From assembly GCA_905331295.1 (NCBI GenBank), contig CAJNYD010000069.1, positions 248,001 to 312,000 of the forward strand: 64,000 bases of DNA, in the 5' to 3' direction. The stretch is from Rotaria socialis (Eukaryota). A model generated the notes under the pieces. It had not been told where the DNA came from. It searched no databases and saw only the letters and a program-made list of their open reading frames with translations. This document shows, piece by piece, positions 1 through 16,628 of the stretch. Position numbers and translations under genes: made by a program. How positions within the stretch are numbered: the first letter of the stretch is position 1; the number at the start of each line of letters is the position of its first letter.

Positions 1-2
1 AT

Positions 3-1454
3 AAACGTAGTACATCACCAACGCAAGCTGAACATTATCAAGGAGTTGTACCCTATCTGAGACGATCAAGATCAAAAGTTCGAACGCCAAGTCCACCTCC
101 TATACGAACAACAAGTTCAAAACGTTCTGTATCACCTTCGCAAACTGAAAATTATCAAGAATCTATACCCTATCTGAGAAGTTCAAAATCAAAAATTAGA
201 GCACCAACACCAATCGTAGAACATACTAATTCTGCACGTTCGCCAACTGTGAACGAAGACAAAATTGATGGTAAATAGTTATATCATTGAAATTCTCATT
301 AATATTTCGTATATCTTTTATAGATATAGATCCTCAACAAACTTTTACATATTATTCATTACAGAATATAAATGAATCGATGAATACATCAAGTCCTGTC
401 ATGGTTGAAAATGAAGAACATACAACACAAAATTATAATGTACAAAATAAAAAAGATACTCAACGTACAACAGCAGCAAGTTCAGCAGTAAAATCAGCCA
501 AATCTATTGTACTGATCAATCCTGATGATCAATCGATTGCTGTTGTTGAAAATTCATATACAAAAGGTGCAAAATCAGTAAAGATCGCTCGATTTATTGA
601 AAGAGATGTATGTATTGAATAAATAAATAACACAAAACCTATCTATTAAAATAATAGGATGATCGATCCAGTGAAAGCTTATTGAAAAGATCTCCACGAC
701 GAGGATGCCTTGGTTGTTTAGCAAGACATATGTGTTTAATAATACTCATTTGTTTTATTCTTATTTTTATTGGTTTAGCCGGTGCTGGTGTTAGTGCTTA
801 TTTTTATGTCTTAAGTAATTGTAACAAACTATTTTCAACTACTTAAATTTGATGTATTGTTCTCTAGATTCAACGGATAATTTTATTCCAACAATTGCTG
901 GTATGGCTGCTGGTGGAGCTTTAGCTTTGGCTGCATTATTATTTCTATGCATCGTAGTCGCATGTATTGGTTCACACGATGGATATTTTAATTACAATGA
1001 TGATGAAAAACAGGTTGGTGGTCGAGCATTTGCATTCATACCTCCAACACATCCAAATGCTCATCTATATATTCCACGTGATTATGCGAAACTAGTTGAA
1101 AATGGTAATCAACTACCCATGGCACCGATGCCAGCACGAGCTTCGTCGAATTTTGTATATGGTCACCAATCATTGATGGCACCAGTATCGACTGTGTCCT
1201 ATACTCCCCAACAAGCAATGAATAGATCAAATAGATCAACTATTACAGTAAATAATAAATCCAATAACGATATTATTACTATTGAAATGCCTGAACGTCT
1301 TGTAACTGGACGAGAAATGTCACCAAAATCACGGGAACGTAATTTAAATCAAGTAGTTAAAAATATTGGTCACGTTGTTGAAGATTCAAAGAAAAAAAAT
1401 AATGGAGATGCACCCAAGAAAGTTATTATTCAAATTGAAAAGAATAAAAAATAA
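3..1454 (+). CDS. 5'-truncated multi-exon gene: uncharacterised membrane protein with Ser/Pro/Arg-rich repeats and two adjacent TM helices
   Basis: In-frame exons <3-270, 324-607, 658-814, 868-1454 with GT-AG introns. Hydrophobic segments MCLIILICFILIFIGLAGAGVSAYFYVL and IAGMAAGGALALAALLFLCIVVACIG. No family recognised. Confidence 0.75.
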
Positions 1455-3491
1455 ACTGCATAGGGTTTTACACAGATTTTTTATTTTTCCTGTATATTCA
1501 GTTTTTTTTTTTCAATAAAAAATATACACATTTATCAATCTACAGATTTTGCTTATTTTAGTATCAGAGATGAAAAATTTTCGAATAAACTAGTCCTAGT
1601 ACGATACTTCGTATACTGACCGATCGTCTAGTCAAAACTAACATGACTAGAGGTACTTTCATAACTAACGATGTTTAAAAGCACAACAATGTCTGCATCA
1701 GAAAACACAATATGAGTTCTACTGAGTTTTTTGGAAAATTCTTGTCTGTTCGAGTTAATTTAATTAACATCCAAAAAAGATTTCTCGTACAAGTTTATCT
1801 AATAAGAAGAGAAAAAAAATAAATAGGTTAAATCGATGATCAGCCGATTTAAAAGCAATACTGTTTCTATCGTTGATGTGACTCTTGTCGGGTCTTTGAT
1901 AAAAACAAAAAGAAAATAAAATCCAATGAACATTGACATTTTTTTGTTTATTCAATTTGAAACTTCTATACACTTGTTTCTCTATTCATATATTTATCTA
2001 AAGAATTGTTTATAAGAATTAGAAAGAAAAAATCGTTCGTCTTTTCTTTTTCCAATTTATTTGAACATTTGTTATTATTGTTTTTATCAAGTAGATTAAA
2101 TTGATCATCACAATGGATATGTAGCATATAAATACAGAAAAGACGAGTGATAGAACAAGTGTTCAAGTGAGTGTAATCGAGCGGCAGATTCGTTTGTTGA
2201 TCTTGAGGGATGTATGCATGTCGGTTAGCCAGAGGGCTCCCTAACATGATGACCAAGTATGTCACAGCAGTTTTCTAATTGAATTCAATTTGTCTTCTAT
2301 TAAGCTTATGCACAACTATTTCTCATCCCTTTTCTGTTTTTTTTTATAGGATTTTTTATTCAACTATTGATACATTTATACATACTTTTGCTTATATTTT
2401 ATAAATGAGACCAATTAGGGCAAAAGAAAAGGTTTATTGTATAGTACGTGAATGAACAAGAGACACACTTGATGAACACAATTGCTATTATTGTCAATCT
2501 AGATGTTGTTTTATCATGAAGAAAATTGAATAGATTTTCATTTAGTTGTCTATAGAAGAAATATAGTTAAATGCGGGACTATGTGTCTCTCTCTCTCTCT
2601 CTGTGTCTCTGTTTTGTTAATCATATGTTGTCACAGCATTCCAAATTTCATCTACTTGTTTTATTATAGATGTTCGAATGATAAGATGATGAGTGTTTAC
2701 GCCTGTTCTATTTCCGTTAAAAATCAATATAACATAGTCATTAAAACTCAAGAAAGAACAACTACTTCTCACGTCAATCTCTTGTTCGATTATGTTTTGA
2801 AAGAAAATTATCTTGCCAAAAGGTATGTGTCGGCATATAGATTTCTTTTGAATATTTGATCACTCGTTTTCTTTTTTTCTTAAATGATGACAAACAATCA
2901 TTTCTAAACATAATAAACTTTGATTCCGATCGGAAATGATCTAGATATCGAGTTTTTTCTCTCTCGTTTTCGTTAACAATTGATTGTGAATAAAATAAAA
3001 TAAAAAAGAATAATAATACTTACTATTCAACAAAAGAAAAAGTCTTATGTATATATATATTTCTCTAAATTATCGTTTCTAATCTAACACAATTGTTGCC
3101 TATTGACATACATCATGTGTCTAGATATGCTGAGAAAACGGGTCATCTGGAGTTTAAAAAAAAAGAAAAAGACGCGAAAGAGAAGGGAAATGAACTTCTC
3201 AACAGCAAGTCATGTGTACTCATACACATAGAAATTCTCCTACTGTGTCGGAAAATGAAGTGATCATTAGGCTCTTGATGTAGTATCAGATATGAATAAG
3301 ATAGGCTCGTGATAGAACACGACTGGTGCCCCCTCTCAGGCCGATAGTTATTCACCAGTTTTGTTTGTATATTCATTATCTTATTTTGAATAAACTAGAA
3401 GAGAGAGTGTATCATTTTTTAAATCTCATTCTTTAATTTCAGTGTATATATATATATATATATTATAGAAAAGAAGAAAAAAAATGATTAC

Positions 3492-4244
3492 TTAAAAATG
3501 TTTAAGAGTATTATGTTGAAAATTATTATTTGTGTCTGACGATGATTTATTTGGTAAAAGTGCTTGTGGTCGATGAAGACCAAAATGATAATCATTAATA
3601 GAATTGTTCGATGATATACTTGATGATGATGATGGTGATGTTGTAACAGCTGATGCGGCTAAACTAGCTGATAACATACTACTATAAGGATAATGTGTTG
3701 AAAGTGCAGCTGCATATGCAAGTGGATTATAGGCAAATGTTGCTGCTGCTGAAAAATCAGTCAATTTTCCAGTTGGATAGGGATAAAGTGCTGCTGCTGC
3801 TGCTGCTGCTGATTGAGATGATAATAATGAACGACATTTTTCAAGATTGAGTGCTAATGATTCATTTAATTGTTGTTGTATACTTGCTGAATTTGATAAA
3901 TCATTTGAATCTTTATTTGTTGATAAAGATGCAAATGAAAATGGATATGATTCTTTTTTTACTAAAGATTTTGGTTTGCGTCGCGGACGATACTTATAAT
4001 CTGGATGTTCTTTCATGTGTAATGAACGTAAGCGTTTTGCTTCATCTATAAATGGTCGTTTTTGTTCATCATCTAATAATTTCCAATCGATACCTAAACG
4101 ACGACTTATTTCGCTGTTATGCATTTTAGGATTTTCTTGAGCCATTTTACGTCGTTGTCCACGTGACCAAACCATAAATGCATTCATAGGACGTTTTATA
4201 TGTTCGCTTAATGATGAATTCGAATTTGAAGATTTATTCGCCAT
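3492..4244 (-). CDS. SoxB2: SoxB2-group HMG-box transcription factor (Sox14/Sox21-like), single exon
   Basis: HMG box [37 protein letters not shown]...[13 protein letters not shown] followed by group-B motif [10 protein letters not shown]. Short N-terminus from ATG 4244 (MANKSS) and an Ala-rich C-terminus. Confidence 0.93.
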   Translation of the reverse strand: MANKSSNSNSSLSEHIKRPMNAFMVWSRGQRRKMAQENPKMHNSEISRRLGIDWKLLDDEQKRPFIDEAKRLRSLHMKEHPDYKYRPRRKPKSLVKKESYPFSFASLSTNKDSNDLSNSASIQQQLNESLALNLEKCRSLLSSQSAAAAAAALYPYPTGKLTDFSAAATFAYNPLAYAAALSTHYPYSSMLSASLAASAVTTSPSSSSSISSNNSINDYHFGLHRPQALLPNKSSSDTNNNFQHNTLKHF

Positions 4245-5545
4245 ATTTAAACCAAGATGAGAATGAAGTATACTAGCTGAAAGATATGAAGAAGAAAAAG
4301 AAAAAAATAGCATTCTTCCAAATCATTAAACATCATTCATTCTTGTGAATACATTTCTAATACTTACACATCATGCTCAAAATATCCAAGAATCTTTATT
4401 TCTTATCTCATATACAATAAGAGCATTGAAAAAAAAAACTATTATATTATATGACAAGCGAAGAAGAAAAACTTTTTTCTCTCCCTCTCTCCCCTTGCTC
4501 TCTTGCTCTCTCTCTCTCTCTCTCTATGTATATACAAAGCAAAACATAATGACTTGAACTATGTGCTGTGCACACTAATAGAAGAAGAGGAGACCTTTTT
4601 CTTGTCTTTCTCGTCAACGCTTAAAAAGTGTTATTCAAATAGAGACAGCCAAGTGGAAGAGAGAATGAGCAAGCAATAATAATAAGAATAATAACAATAA
4701 GAATAATAATAACAACATCATCTACGAACCATTTTTTCCCTCCAATGGAAATTGAAGAATACAAACGAACAAGAGAAAAAGAAAATTAAAAATCGTCATT
4801 GGCCATTCGTTGCGCTTCTTTTCGCTTATTCCTTTCTTTTTCTTTTATTCTATTCTCTGTTGTTTTGCTTGTTCGGAAGAGAAAAAGTAGCAATGCCCAA
4901 CAACAAAACGATTACAATATGTGTCTATTGGTCTTTGAATAATCAACGAGAAGAAAAAGAGAAGAAAAAAAGAAAAGAACAATTCAGTGTATTTCATATA
5001 ATGAAGGTTTACATTAACCGTACTCTTGAATAAGTGCATAAGAAAAATAGAATCGAGAGTATTAATCGAATGCATACATTGGTCGTTAGCTTGTTTCGAT
5101 TACCTTAATATAATAGATGAATAAAAAATTTACAAAATTATTTCTTCTATGAATAGCAACTTCTTTCTTTATAATAGTATCGATTTAAGATTATATCCTT
5201 TTTTTTATTATTAATCTTTGATTGTTTTTAAATGACGCCAATGATTTTTCTATGTTTCATTTGAGAAATATTAATTTGAAGTTCTTTTTTTTATTATTTT
5301 AAATAGATACTTTTCATTGAACAGTAGGAAAAAACTACAATTCGTTGTTAAAAAAAGAAGCAAAAGAGGAAGATGAAAAAGACGAGTTGAACGGAAGTAA
5401 GCATCGAAGACGGATAGCAGCGGAAGCGACTTATTTAGAATCGACAAAGAAATTACAATTCTCTAGTTTTCTTAGCTTCTTCTTCTTCTTCTTCTTCAAT
5501 GACGAATAAGAATAATAGAATAATCATAAAGCCCGGACGCACACT

Positions 5546-5569
5546 CTCACACACACACACACACACACA
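5546..5569. repeat. (CA)n microsatellite
   Basis: Directly visible run of CA units upstream of the Sox gene. Confidence 0.9.
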
Positions 5570-7201
5570 TGCATGTATGTGTTGTTTGTCTGTCCATACT
5601 CATGAGCTCAACGTCTCACCAATTACGGGCCTATTCAATGGTCGATGATCTTGCAAAAAGAAGAAAAAAGAAAAGAAATAAAATGAAGATGATGATGCGA
5701 GACAGAGAACGTGACGATATGTATGTATGGCTGTAATCAAATTGCATTTGGACGTACAGCTTCAGGCTGCTGTAATTGGTTTGAAGAGTGTAGCTAGTGA
5801 ATTGACGACTGTTAGTAATCATGAATGAAGATGATTGATTATTATTATTACTATTTCTTCTTCTCTTTAAGCCTCTGGGGGTATTACATTGATACTTCTC
5901 GTTGTTCACTTATGTCAACATGGAAATATAAACACTTTTTCAATAAAAAAACAAAAAAGGAAATGAAAGAAATTGTATTTCTGATGTTTATTCTCTAATC
6001 TGTTATTCAAGTGACTTAATCATATGTTGAGAAAGTTTAGCTCCTCCTTTTCTTACTAATCCATATCTGTATATACATCGAAACCATTTATTTGAGATCA
6101 TTAGTAAGGTTTCTATTTACTTGTTCACTGCAATGTTTGCTAATAAGTAAGAAAAAGAAAGATTAGACGAAAGAAAACTTGACACCTGGTTATTTTCTAT
6201 ATAGCTTTTTATTGAGAAATGTACACGATTCGACATTCATGAATGAGTTTTGAATATTATAACAAATGATTATAGAAATAAACCATAGTACTATTGATTA
6301 TCTTTAAATTACGAGCAATGAATGAGTTTTGATAAACATGAAACAGTGAAATCAGCCGTGAACAATCAATTCACTATATGACTACAAATACTTCTGGTTG
6401 GTTTAGTTGTAGTTAGACACCGAGTGGCTCTATTGAATATTGAATTGATGAAGTGAAAATCTCTTCATATCGTTCTTTGTTATGGAGAATAATTTCGATG
6501 AAAAGAATGAAAATTTCCTTTTCTACATTTCAAGCAGAGGGCTTTATTCATTTCGTCGGGTAAATTTATTCATAACGATGTTATCCCTTATAATAGAACA
6601 AGGATAAGTTTTTTTTCTTCTTCTTTTTATATCAGTATTATTATTGGTGCATCGTGAGATGAATAGTCTATTCTTTTGAAAGTGGTATTCAACACATAAG
6701 AACACTTTATTATTAAAAAAAAGAGAATAAGACTTTAAAGATAATCTATTATTGAGGCTATTTCATTTTCGTTTCTAATTTTGTAAAGCATTGTTCGAAG
6801 TTCGAACAGTTAATTATTGTACAATCGATTAGTTATCTTCTTATAGGATTATTTCGAGTAGTTCGAAGTCATTCTTTTTCGATAAAAGTCAGTCTATATA
6901 ACTGGAAAAACTATCAACCTTTTTCTTTCCGGATAAATATTTCTTCTGATGAGGCAAGCCTTCGTGTTAATGAATTGCTTAGAGGTTGAGTCTATGCGCA
7001 TCATATGATTCTAACCAGTTGTGAACATACCGGAAAAGGGCCCAGATTCTTATCCTATTGCTACAGCAATGCTCCATTTTTAGCAATTTTTTTTTGTTTT
7101 GTCAATGCATTCTTTATTTCCTCTCCGGAATCAAAGAGAAAAATAATTTTCAACTTTTGAACTAAAACTTTACATCGTACAGCCATGTCTCCAACACTGT
7201 C

Positions 7202-7232
<31 letters not shown>
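7202..7232. repeat. compound (TA)n(GA)n microsatellite
   Basis: Directly visible run of TA units followed by GA units. Confidence 0.9.
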
Positions 7233-9048
7233 CCCCTAATAGATAAACGAAATGATAAGAGTTCCAGTTATGTTCACGGTAACCGTAACTCATGAGGATC
7301 GAACATAATGCACATATCGTCTCTACTTAAAAGTAATTAGTCACTTAGTTGGCTGCTCCCGTCAGTATAAATATGCAGAGAAGTGGATCTATTCGAAATC
7401 TTATTTTCTTTTCATAAACTTCATCTCAACAGTTTCAGCGATCTTTTCGCATGAGAACGAGTATTTGACATTTTAAATTTATGTCAAATAAGAGAGAAAT
7501 TTTAGTAATCTGAAGATTAACACAGATGTTAAGGCTTCTTTTACAGTTATTTCAAAGAACACACACCAAAGGTGTGATTGTCAAAAAGAAATGTCGAATA
7601 GAAGACTTATCGAATACGGAATACAAATTCTTGCTGGTCAAAAGAGCATTCAATGCTTATTCAAATATTGTCAAAACGATGCTTAACAGGGAAAACAGTT
7701 AATTCTCTTGAAGGGTATCCACTCCCTATTTACAACTTGGGATTTTAAATGTTTTTGATTTTTTCGTTACGTCGACATATCTACGTACTTTCAGGTGTCT
7801 TTTATCGATCTATAAAAAAAAGTAGGTTTCTTTTTCACGACGCTTTTTTTATCTTGACAATTTTCAATTTTTTGCTATTTGTTTTTCTTTTATTTCTGAA
7901 GCTATAATCAATTGAAGTTTCATATTTGCATGCAAAAGACTTTGCTCAATTTACCTTTGAAAAAAGATCCGGCAAAAACTTTTTAGTCGTTTATAATCCA
8001 ATTGTATGTCTATCAACAGCTTCCACTTGGTCTTATGTCTTATTATCTCTGTTGTTAAAAGAAAAAATTCAATAGAAAGAGAATACTAACAATGAACATT
8101 GAGAAGAAAATCGAAATTGAATTTCTCGCATAACTCTCAACACAAGACTTTCCTCTTTCGAGAGCGTCTAAATAATCATTTCGAGTAGAAAATTTTATTG
8201 AAATACAGAAATCGATAGATATTCGTAGTATAAATTCCTGGAAATTAGATTTCATTGCTTTTTTTAATAATAAAAAAAAGGGCAGAATGTTTGTATTTAA
8301 TTATTTCCAGCTCATGGTTCTTTTTTACGATCTTCACAAACCATATGGAAGTGATTCATGCAGATACTTTCGATTAAGCAACATTTAATGAAAGAATAAT
8401 AAAGCCAATAGAATGATGCAATACTTTCTTTTTTATTTTGTAAATCTTTTTTCACTATGTACACTTTTTCTTTTGAAAAATAACCCAAATTTTAATCATT
8501 ATTAAAAACGCATTTCTAATAGTTTTGAAAACTGCTTTCACATCGATAAGACTGTGCATATCTACTCAATTCCAATAGGCATGATCAACAAGAGAGCAAG
8601 AGAAAATGCACTTTATTTATTTTCTATACCGAAGCCACAAAGTAGCCTACATTTTCTCCTCATGCAATCTTGAATTTAAACAATCGAAATGCTGATAAAC
8701 TTCAGATACATATTGTTATTCTATGTAAAGCAAAAAATCGTTCCTATGCAATGATTCATCGACTGAGAAGTACACAAGATCAACTATTTTCTAGGAACAA
8801 AGCGCAAAATCGATTCCATCTGTTATCTATTTTTTCATTTTTATGTCAATAGAATCGATACATTGTGGGAGGTTGAAATGATGATCCACTTATTGACCAT
8901 AAGAGAAAAACAAGATTTTTTCTTCTTTTTTTTTCATTTAAATATGTTAAATTAAAACCAGATTTGCTTTATTCTGAGTGTATATCAACACTGTTATATA
9001 CGGTAAATCTATATCATTTATTGTTTTTCTCAGTCCATCGATAAAACC

Positions 9049-9690
9049 ATGTTAACATTGAAATATTTTTCTTTATTCGTCGTTTTTCTACTAGCAGTGG
9101 TTCTTAATAAACAAGTCAAAAGTATATAGAAATAATGAAATGTTATTTCGATTTTTACAAATAATTATGTTGTTGTCATTGTCAATTTAAGGTCTCGAAC
9201 TCGATCGATATCGTCAAGAAGCTTTAGCTCAACATAATATCTATCGAGCACAATGTAAGGCTGATGCTTTACAAAAAAATTCAACACTCGATCAAATAGC
9301 TCAAAGCTGGTGTGAACAATTAGCTGCAACAAATCAATTTAATCACAGTGGTACAGTAGATTATGGTGAAAATAGTTATAAAAAAGCTCCTTTTGACTTC
9401 AAAAATGATAATGGTTTGTTCGAATTACAAAAAAAAAGCCATAGCAGAAAAAATTATTATTCCGATTGATTCTAGGTGCAACACCCGTTACAGCTTGGTT
9501 TAGTACAAGATCGAAATATAGTGATGCTAATCCAGCCGATGCTTTAGATTTTACACAAGTTGTTTGGAAAAATACAAAACTATTTGGTTTAGGTGTATGT
9601 AGTATACCCAATAATGGCGTACTTTTTGTCGCTAATTATTATCCAAGAGGCAACTACAAAGATCAATTCACTCAAAATGTTAATTGTTAA
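9049..9690 (+). CDS. secreted CAP/SCP (GAPR-1/PR-1-like) domain protein, 3 exons
   Basis: Exons about 9049-9121, 9192-9413, 9477-9690. Signal peptide MLTLKYFSLFVVFLLAVVL. CAP motifs AQHNIYRAQ, FNHSG..YGEN, FTQVVWKNT..G.G, VANYYPRGN. Confidence 0.9.
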
Positions 9691-12600
9691 AATAAGATTT
9701 AGTTTAACTGGAAAAATAAAGACAGTATTTATTGAGAAATAAATTTTTTGTGAATTCACTATTAAACGGGAATAAAATATAAACAAGTATGTTCGTTTTT
9801 TTTGCTGAATTATTAAACATTGGAAATGTTGAATATGTTTCGAAATAATTGAGAGGCATACGCGATGAAAAATATTAGCAGGTTTTAACATACTGAAAAT
9901 TGGTTTATTTAAAAACAAAGAAAAACTTAAAATCTCGAGCAATACGAATGAGGAATTATTGAACTTTCCTATCATCTGTATGAAGTACATTCTATTTGAA
10001 AAAGTACGATTTATATTTGATTCTGAGCCCTAAATTATCTGTAACTTTCAATGCCACCATAATGATAAGCTCTTACAAAAGCTAATTTCTCATTTTAAGA
10101 ATCGTGTCTCATTCAATTTTTATACTACGTAAATTAAAATATTCTTAACGCTAAAATAATATTCTGAAAAATCAATATAATTCGTCAGATATTCTTTACT
10201 CTGGCATTCACTTCTTAACCGGCAATTAGTATAATTCAAACCATAAAGACTTTTCTTTTCAATAGATGTCTCGTTTGAACTCGTCTGTATATTCAATTGG
10301 TAATATTTGAATCTTGTTAAAATTCGTAAAACATCTACATTCATTTGATAGAATATTCAATGGTTTATTAAAAATATATGATCTCTTGTCTGCACTCATA
10401 TTCAAATCTAATAAAACATTGCCCCATCTATTTTATCTGTTGGCAAATAATTTCTGGCGGATATAAAAATGCACGAGGAGTTATTAACATCGTATGAAAA
10501 TAACTTCATCCATACTTTTTAACAATCAAACAGTACTAGCAAACATTCAAGATTTTAATATTTTAAATTATTACATCAAGAATGATAATATAACTAATAT
10601 CTGATGGGATAAAACTCCTAACCATGATTCTCTAAATGATAAAATTTGAAAAACAGGCTTTGATAATACCATTCTTTATTAGAAAAACTTTCCTTTTTCA
10701 ATAGATAATAGTCGTACATATAATGTTAACTCTTATAATCTAAGTAACAGCCATTGTTACATCAAATTGAAAATTTCAAAACCTAGCAAAAGCTCAATAA
10801 TGTTATACGTCTATTTTTTTATTTAAAAATAATCGCTACATCTAAGTAGCGAACCGAACTCGTATTTGCATCAATTGATAATTCTCTGCAGTAGAAATTA
10901 ACTTATATTTATCATAAGAAATCCTTCGTCATTTGCCCTAAGAATATCGCCAACTAATATCAACTAAATTAATAAAGAGAACATACTTGCTTTTTATATT
11001 ATGTATCCACCGCTGCCAATGAAAAAATACATGCTAATAATAATACTAGCAAAAAAGCTTGTTAGCGCAGCCCCCTCTGAGGCTAAAACGTGGAATTCAC
11101 ATATATCCCTTAGGCTTACTAAAATAATTCAAAATAGTTCATATGAAAAATCTATCTTGATTTCCAAAACCTAAAATTGGATCATTGCCGATTTGCTTAT
11201 GTCTGTAATGGAGTATTAATTGTTAGCTCGTATATTTAGCAATGGCGGAGACTAGTTTCTATGGTCTGTAATTTAAAAAAGAAGAAATAGCAACCTAATT
11301 AGTCAGGCTCATCATTAGCCCAATTTTAAACTCATTAATGTCTGTAACGGGGAGGAGACGGGGGGTGGGGAACCGCAAAAATCTCGCTTTTAAACTTACA
11401 CTCACCATTTTCTTCGAAAATATATGTGAGTTCCACAAAACTGCAAGATTGAATCCTACTATTCTACTGAACCTGCAATTTTGAGTATGTGTTTGATCTA
11501 ATACCATTGTAGAATTGTACTTAGAGCAATATCAATAATAGCTTATTTAGCAATCTAGACTTTTCTCTAGGGCACTATTGTGTACAAGTCTGGCAGAAAA
11601 TAGTTTTATTGAAGAATATGAAAAAGAATTTGTTTTAAGAAAAAAGCCTCGCAATACTACAAATTTTCAAGCAAAATAAAAAAACATTAAAAATATGTTT
11701 TATCAATTCTCTTTTCTCAATCGATTGTACTGAATATGATTGAAAAATTTTCAAGTGAACTCGAACAATTTATAATAAATCCTATTTCAAATGAAAGATC
11801 AAAGATCAAACTATTCTTCGATGAATATATCTTAAACTTGCAAAGACTTGATTCATGAGAAAAGACTTATCTTGATAAAATTGCACTTCCATCATCTTCG
11901 AAATAAACTTATTCGGAAACCAAAAAGAATGATATTCTAACATATAAAATTACAGAGCAGCATTGGCCTACGCGAGTGAAAATATTCATTCTTTCTATCA
12001 ATACGACAGTAACCGATTAAGTTAATAAATGAACATTCAGCGCTACGCAGAGTATTAAGTGATCCATACATTTTTCTAAGAATAAAAAAAGAGATCACCT
12101 CTATTAATGAAGTTTCCCACCATAATCTTACTTAAAAATAAGCACATGATGCATAAGTAATATTTCATAGACACTTTGAACGCGACTCATTCATGTTAGT
12201 GATTATATAAAAACTTGTGATCAAGAGAAATTAATTATCCCACGGTACAATCGAATTATTGTATTCGAAACAGAACTGAAACTTAAGTATATATCAATAT
12301 CAATCAATGATATTATTTCGAATGCTTTGTTATCCGCGTATTGATAAATAGATCATTGTTTTGTCTGAAGTAGTAGACAAGAATATCACTTAGATTTATT
12401 AAACGAACAGTTTGCTTTTCACCCGCATAAATATACATATGTTTCCGTGTGAAATATTCCAGCCGGTCAAATGAATACAAAGAAGCCTGTTGCATTCCTG
12501 AAGCCTTAGGCTAGATTGTCTTCTGACATTAAACCCTTGATTCTTGTATGATATGCAGTGAAAAAAAGGCGGACATGACGTTCCCGTTAATGAAATTATA

Positions 12601-13043
12601 GCTAGAAGTCATTTCAATGACGACGACGATGATGATAATGATGATGAGATTGAAATATTTTTTGACCTTATTTAATGACAAGAAAAGAACACCGTTCGAT
12701 TTCGTTCTCATACATATTAATGTCAAATGTCTAAATGCGAGAACATGTTTCTTTTTTTTTACGCTTAACTTACTCACTAAATGTTTGAGTATATTCTTTT
12801 TACTTTTTTCTTCTTCTTGCTATTGACAAGTCAAGTGGAAAATGAGTCAAAGAAGCGAACGAATGCGTTTCAATCTATTTCTAATGTTAAAGAAGTTAGG
12901 TATCGCCGACATTAACGCCGGCGGATCAGGTAAGCTAAGCACTTGAATCAACATCCTATTAGCTCAAGTATTTCGAATCGAATGATTCGTTCGTATACAT
13001 TCTATATATTTCTGTTGATATAACCCATTTAAGAACTGAAGAC

Positions 13044-13071
13044 TGATGATGATGATGATGATGATGATGAT
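13044..13071. repeat. (GAT)n microsatellite
   Basis: Directly visible run of GAT units. Confidence 0.85.
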
Positions 13072-14653
13072 AACAACAATATCTGCTGTTGCCCTTAAGC
13101 GCCATCAGCCATATGATCAACGAACTATGGCTGATTTTTTTCCTCCATTGTAACTTGCATTTTACCTCGAGCTTTATATCAATCTGGTTTTCATTTCGAA
13201 AAAAAGGAAAAAATTAGACTAAATCTATTTTGTTTAAAGATTAATATATACGTATATCGATCATTCAATCTTATTTGTTTATTTTATATAAGGAATGGTA
13301 TTACTTATTGAATGTTAAATGTTCAATTAGTGGCGTCAAGCGAATTTGGATAGTGAAGACAAGTCAGATGATCAGCATCATTCTAGTGGAGAAGAGCTTC
13401 AGGGCAAAGCTTAACTCGAAAATGTTAGATCGGTAGTGAGTGATGGAACAGCTCAATCTTTTCCCCATTAGTTATGATACTCGATAGCATAAAGTCTATA
13501 AAGGACAAAAAAAGGGGGTGCTCGAGAAACACTAATATCTAAAAATACTTCTTGGCGAATTTCAAACTTTATGAATAAGTTTAACCATAGTGGGCGGCTT
13601 AGAATTCTAAAAGTCAAAGCAAAAGGAGCTACAACATTCACAGGAGAAAAAATAGCGTATTGTCTGAAATAATTACAATAGAAAAAGTATATTGATTCTT
13701 TGCTATTCAAAAACAAAGCAAAAAAGGAAATTCGAATAAACTATTCCTGGCAGTGTCGGAAGTTCTGTCTATTAGCCGTGACTTTAATAATAGGATATAA
13801 TATATTCATCGCTCTCACTTTTTCTGTCATTGTTATCTGATCGACAATAAAAGCAGATGAATCTACAGTAAACGAAGCAATTAATTGTTAATCATTAACA
13901 GACAATCAAAGAAGAATACTGATCGACATCACAATCGTACGATTTTTTATTTCTTGAAAGTAAAAACTGTTTATTAAATTCCTTAGTAACTTTGTTGTCG
14001 CCGTTTATAAAACAACGGACTTCTTGTATTGATCTGCTTTCTTTTTCTTAGAAATAAAATCTTAAAACGTTAAATAAACACATTGATTTCTTTTATTGTA
14101 TTACGCGCGTTTTTTCTTTTTCTTTATCCATTTGTCGGCATAACCAATCCGCATTTGAGTATGTTTTTCTTTCCTCGGTAACCAATCCAAATAGATGAAA
14201 AAGAAAAAAAAGGAAGAAGTCGATAGACGTTACTAATAAAACAATCTATGTATAAGCCAAAAAAAGAAAAGAATCTTGCCTTAACTATTATTTATTCAAC
14301 TTGTAATAACAGCCGAAGAAGAAGAAAAAAAGAAAAGAAGTCGAATTTCTCTCTTTTTTTTTCTTCTTTTCTCTATCGTTGTCGGCTTTTCTTTTTTTTA
14401 CTTGCAGGCAGTAGAAGTAATAACGACGAATAGAAACATCGGAACCAATACGACATACAACATTATCTTTGCATATATCGCTCGCCCATTAGTTATCTTT
14501 TTTCTTCTGACATTATTTTCTTCTCTCTTTTACTTTCTCTTTTTCTTGCGCTCTCTCTCTCTCTTGGTCGCTCGCTCTATGTACACGATTTGAGTCGAGC
14601 GGCGTTTGCATAGCATTACACATTGTACGAACACATCCGCCAGCGGTCGTCTG

Positions 14654-16628
<1,975 letters not shown>

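Noticed and set aside
4345..8852. Multiple 60-93 aa ORFs upstream of SoxB2
   Set aside because: Low-complexity F/L/K-rich translations of poly-A/T and microsatellite DNA without gene structure.
13104..13135. 10-bp hairpin atcagccata/tatggctgat as a pre-miRNA
   Set aside because: Stem too short and no recognised mature miRNA.
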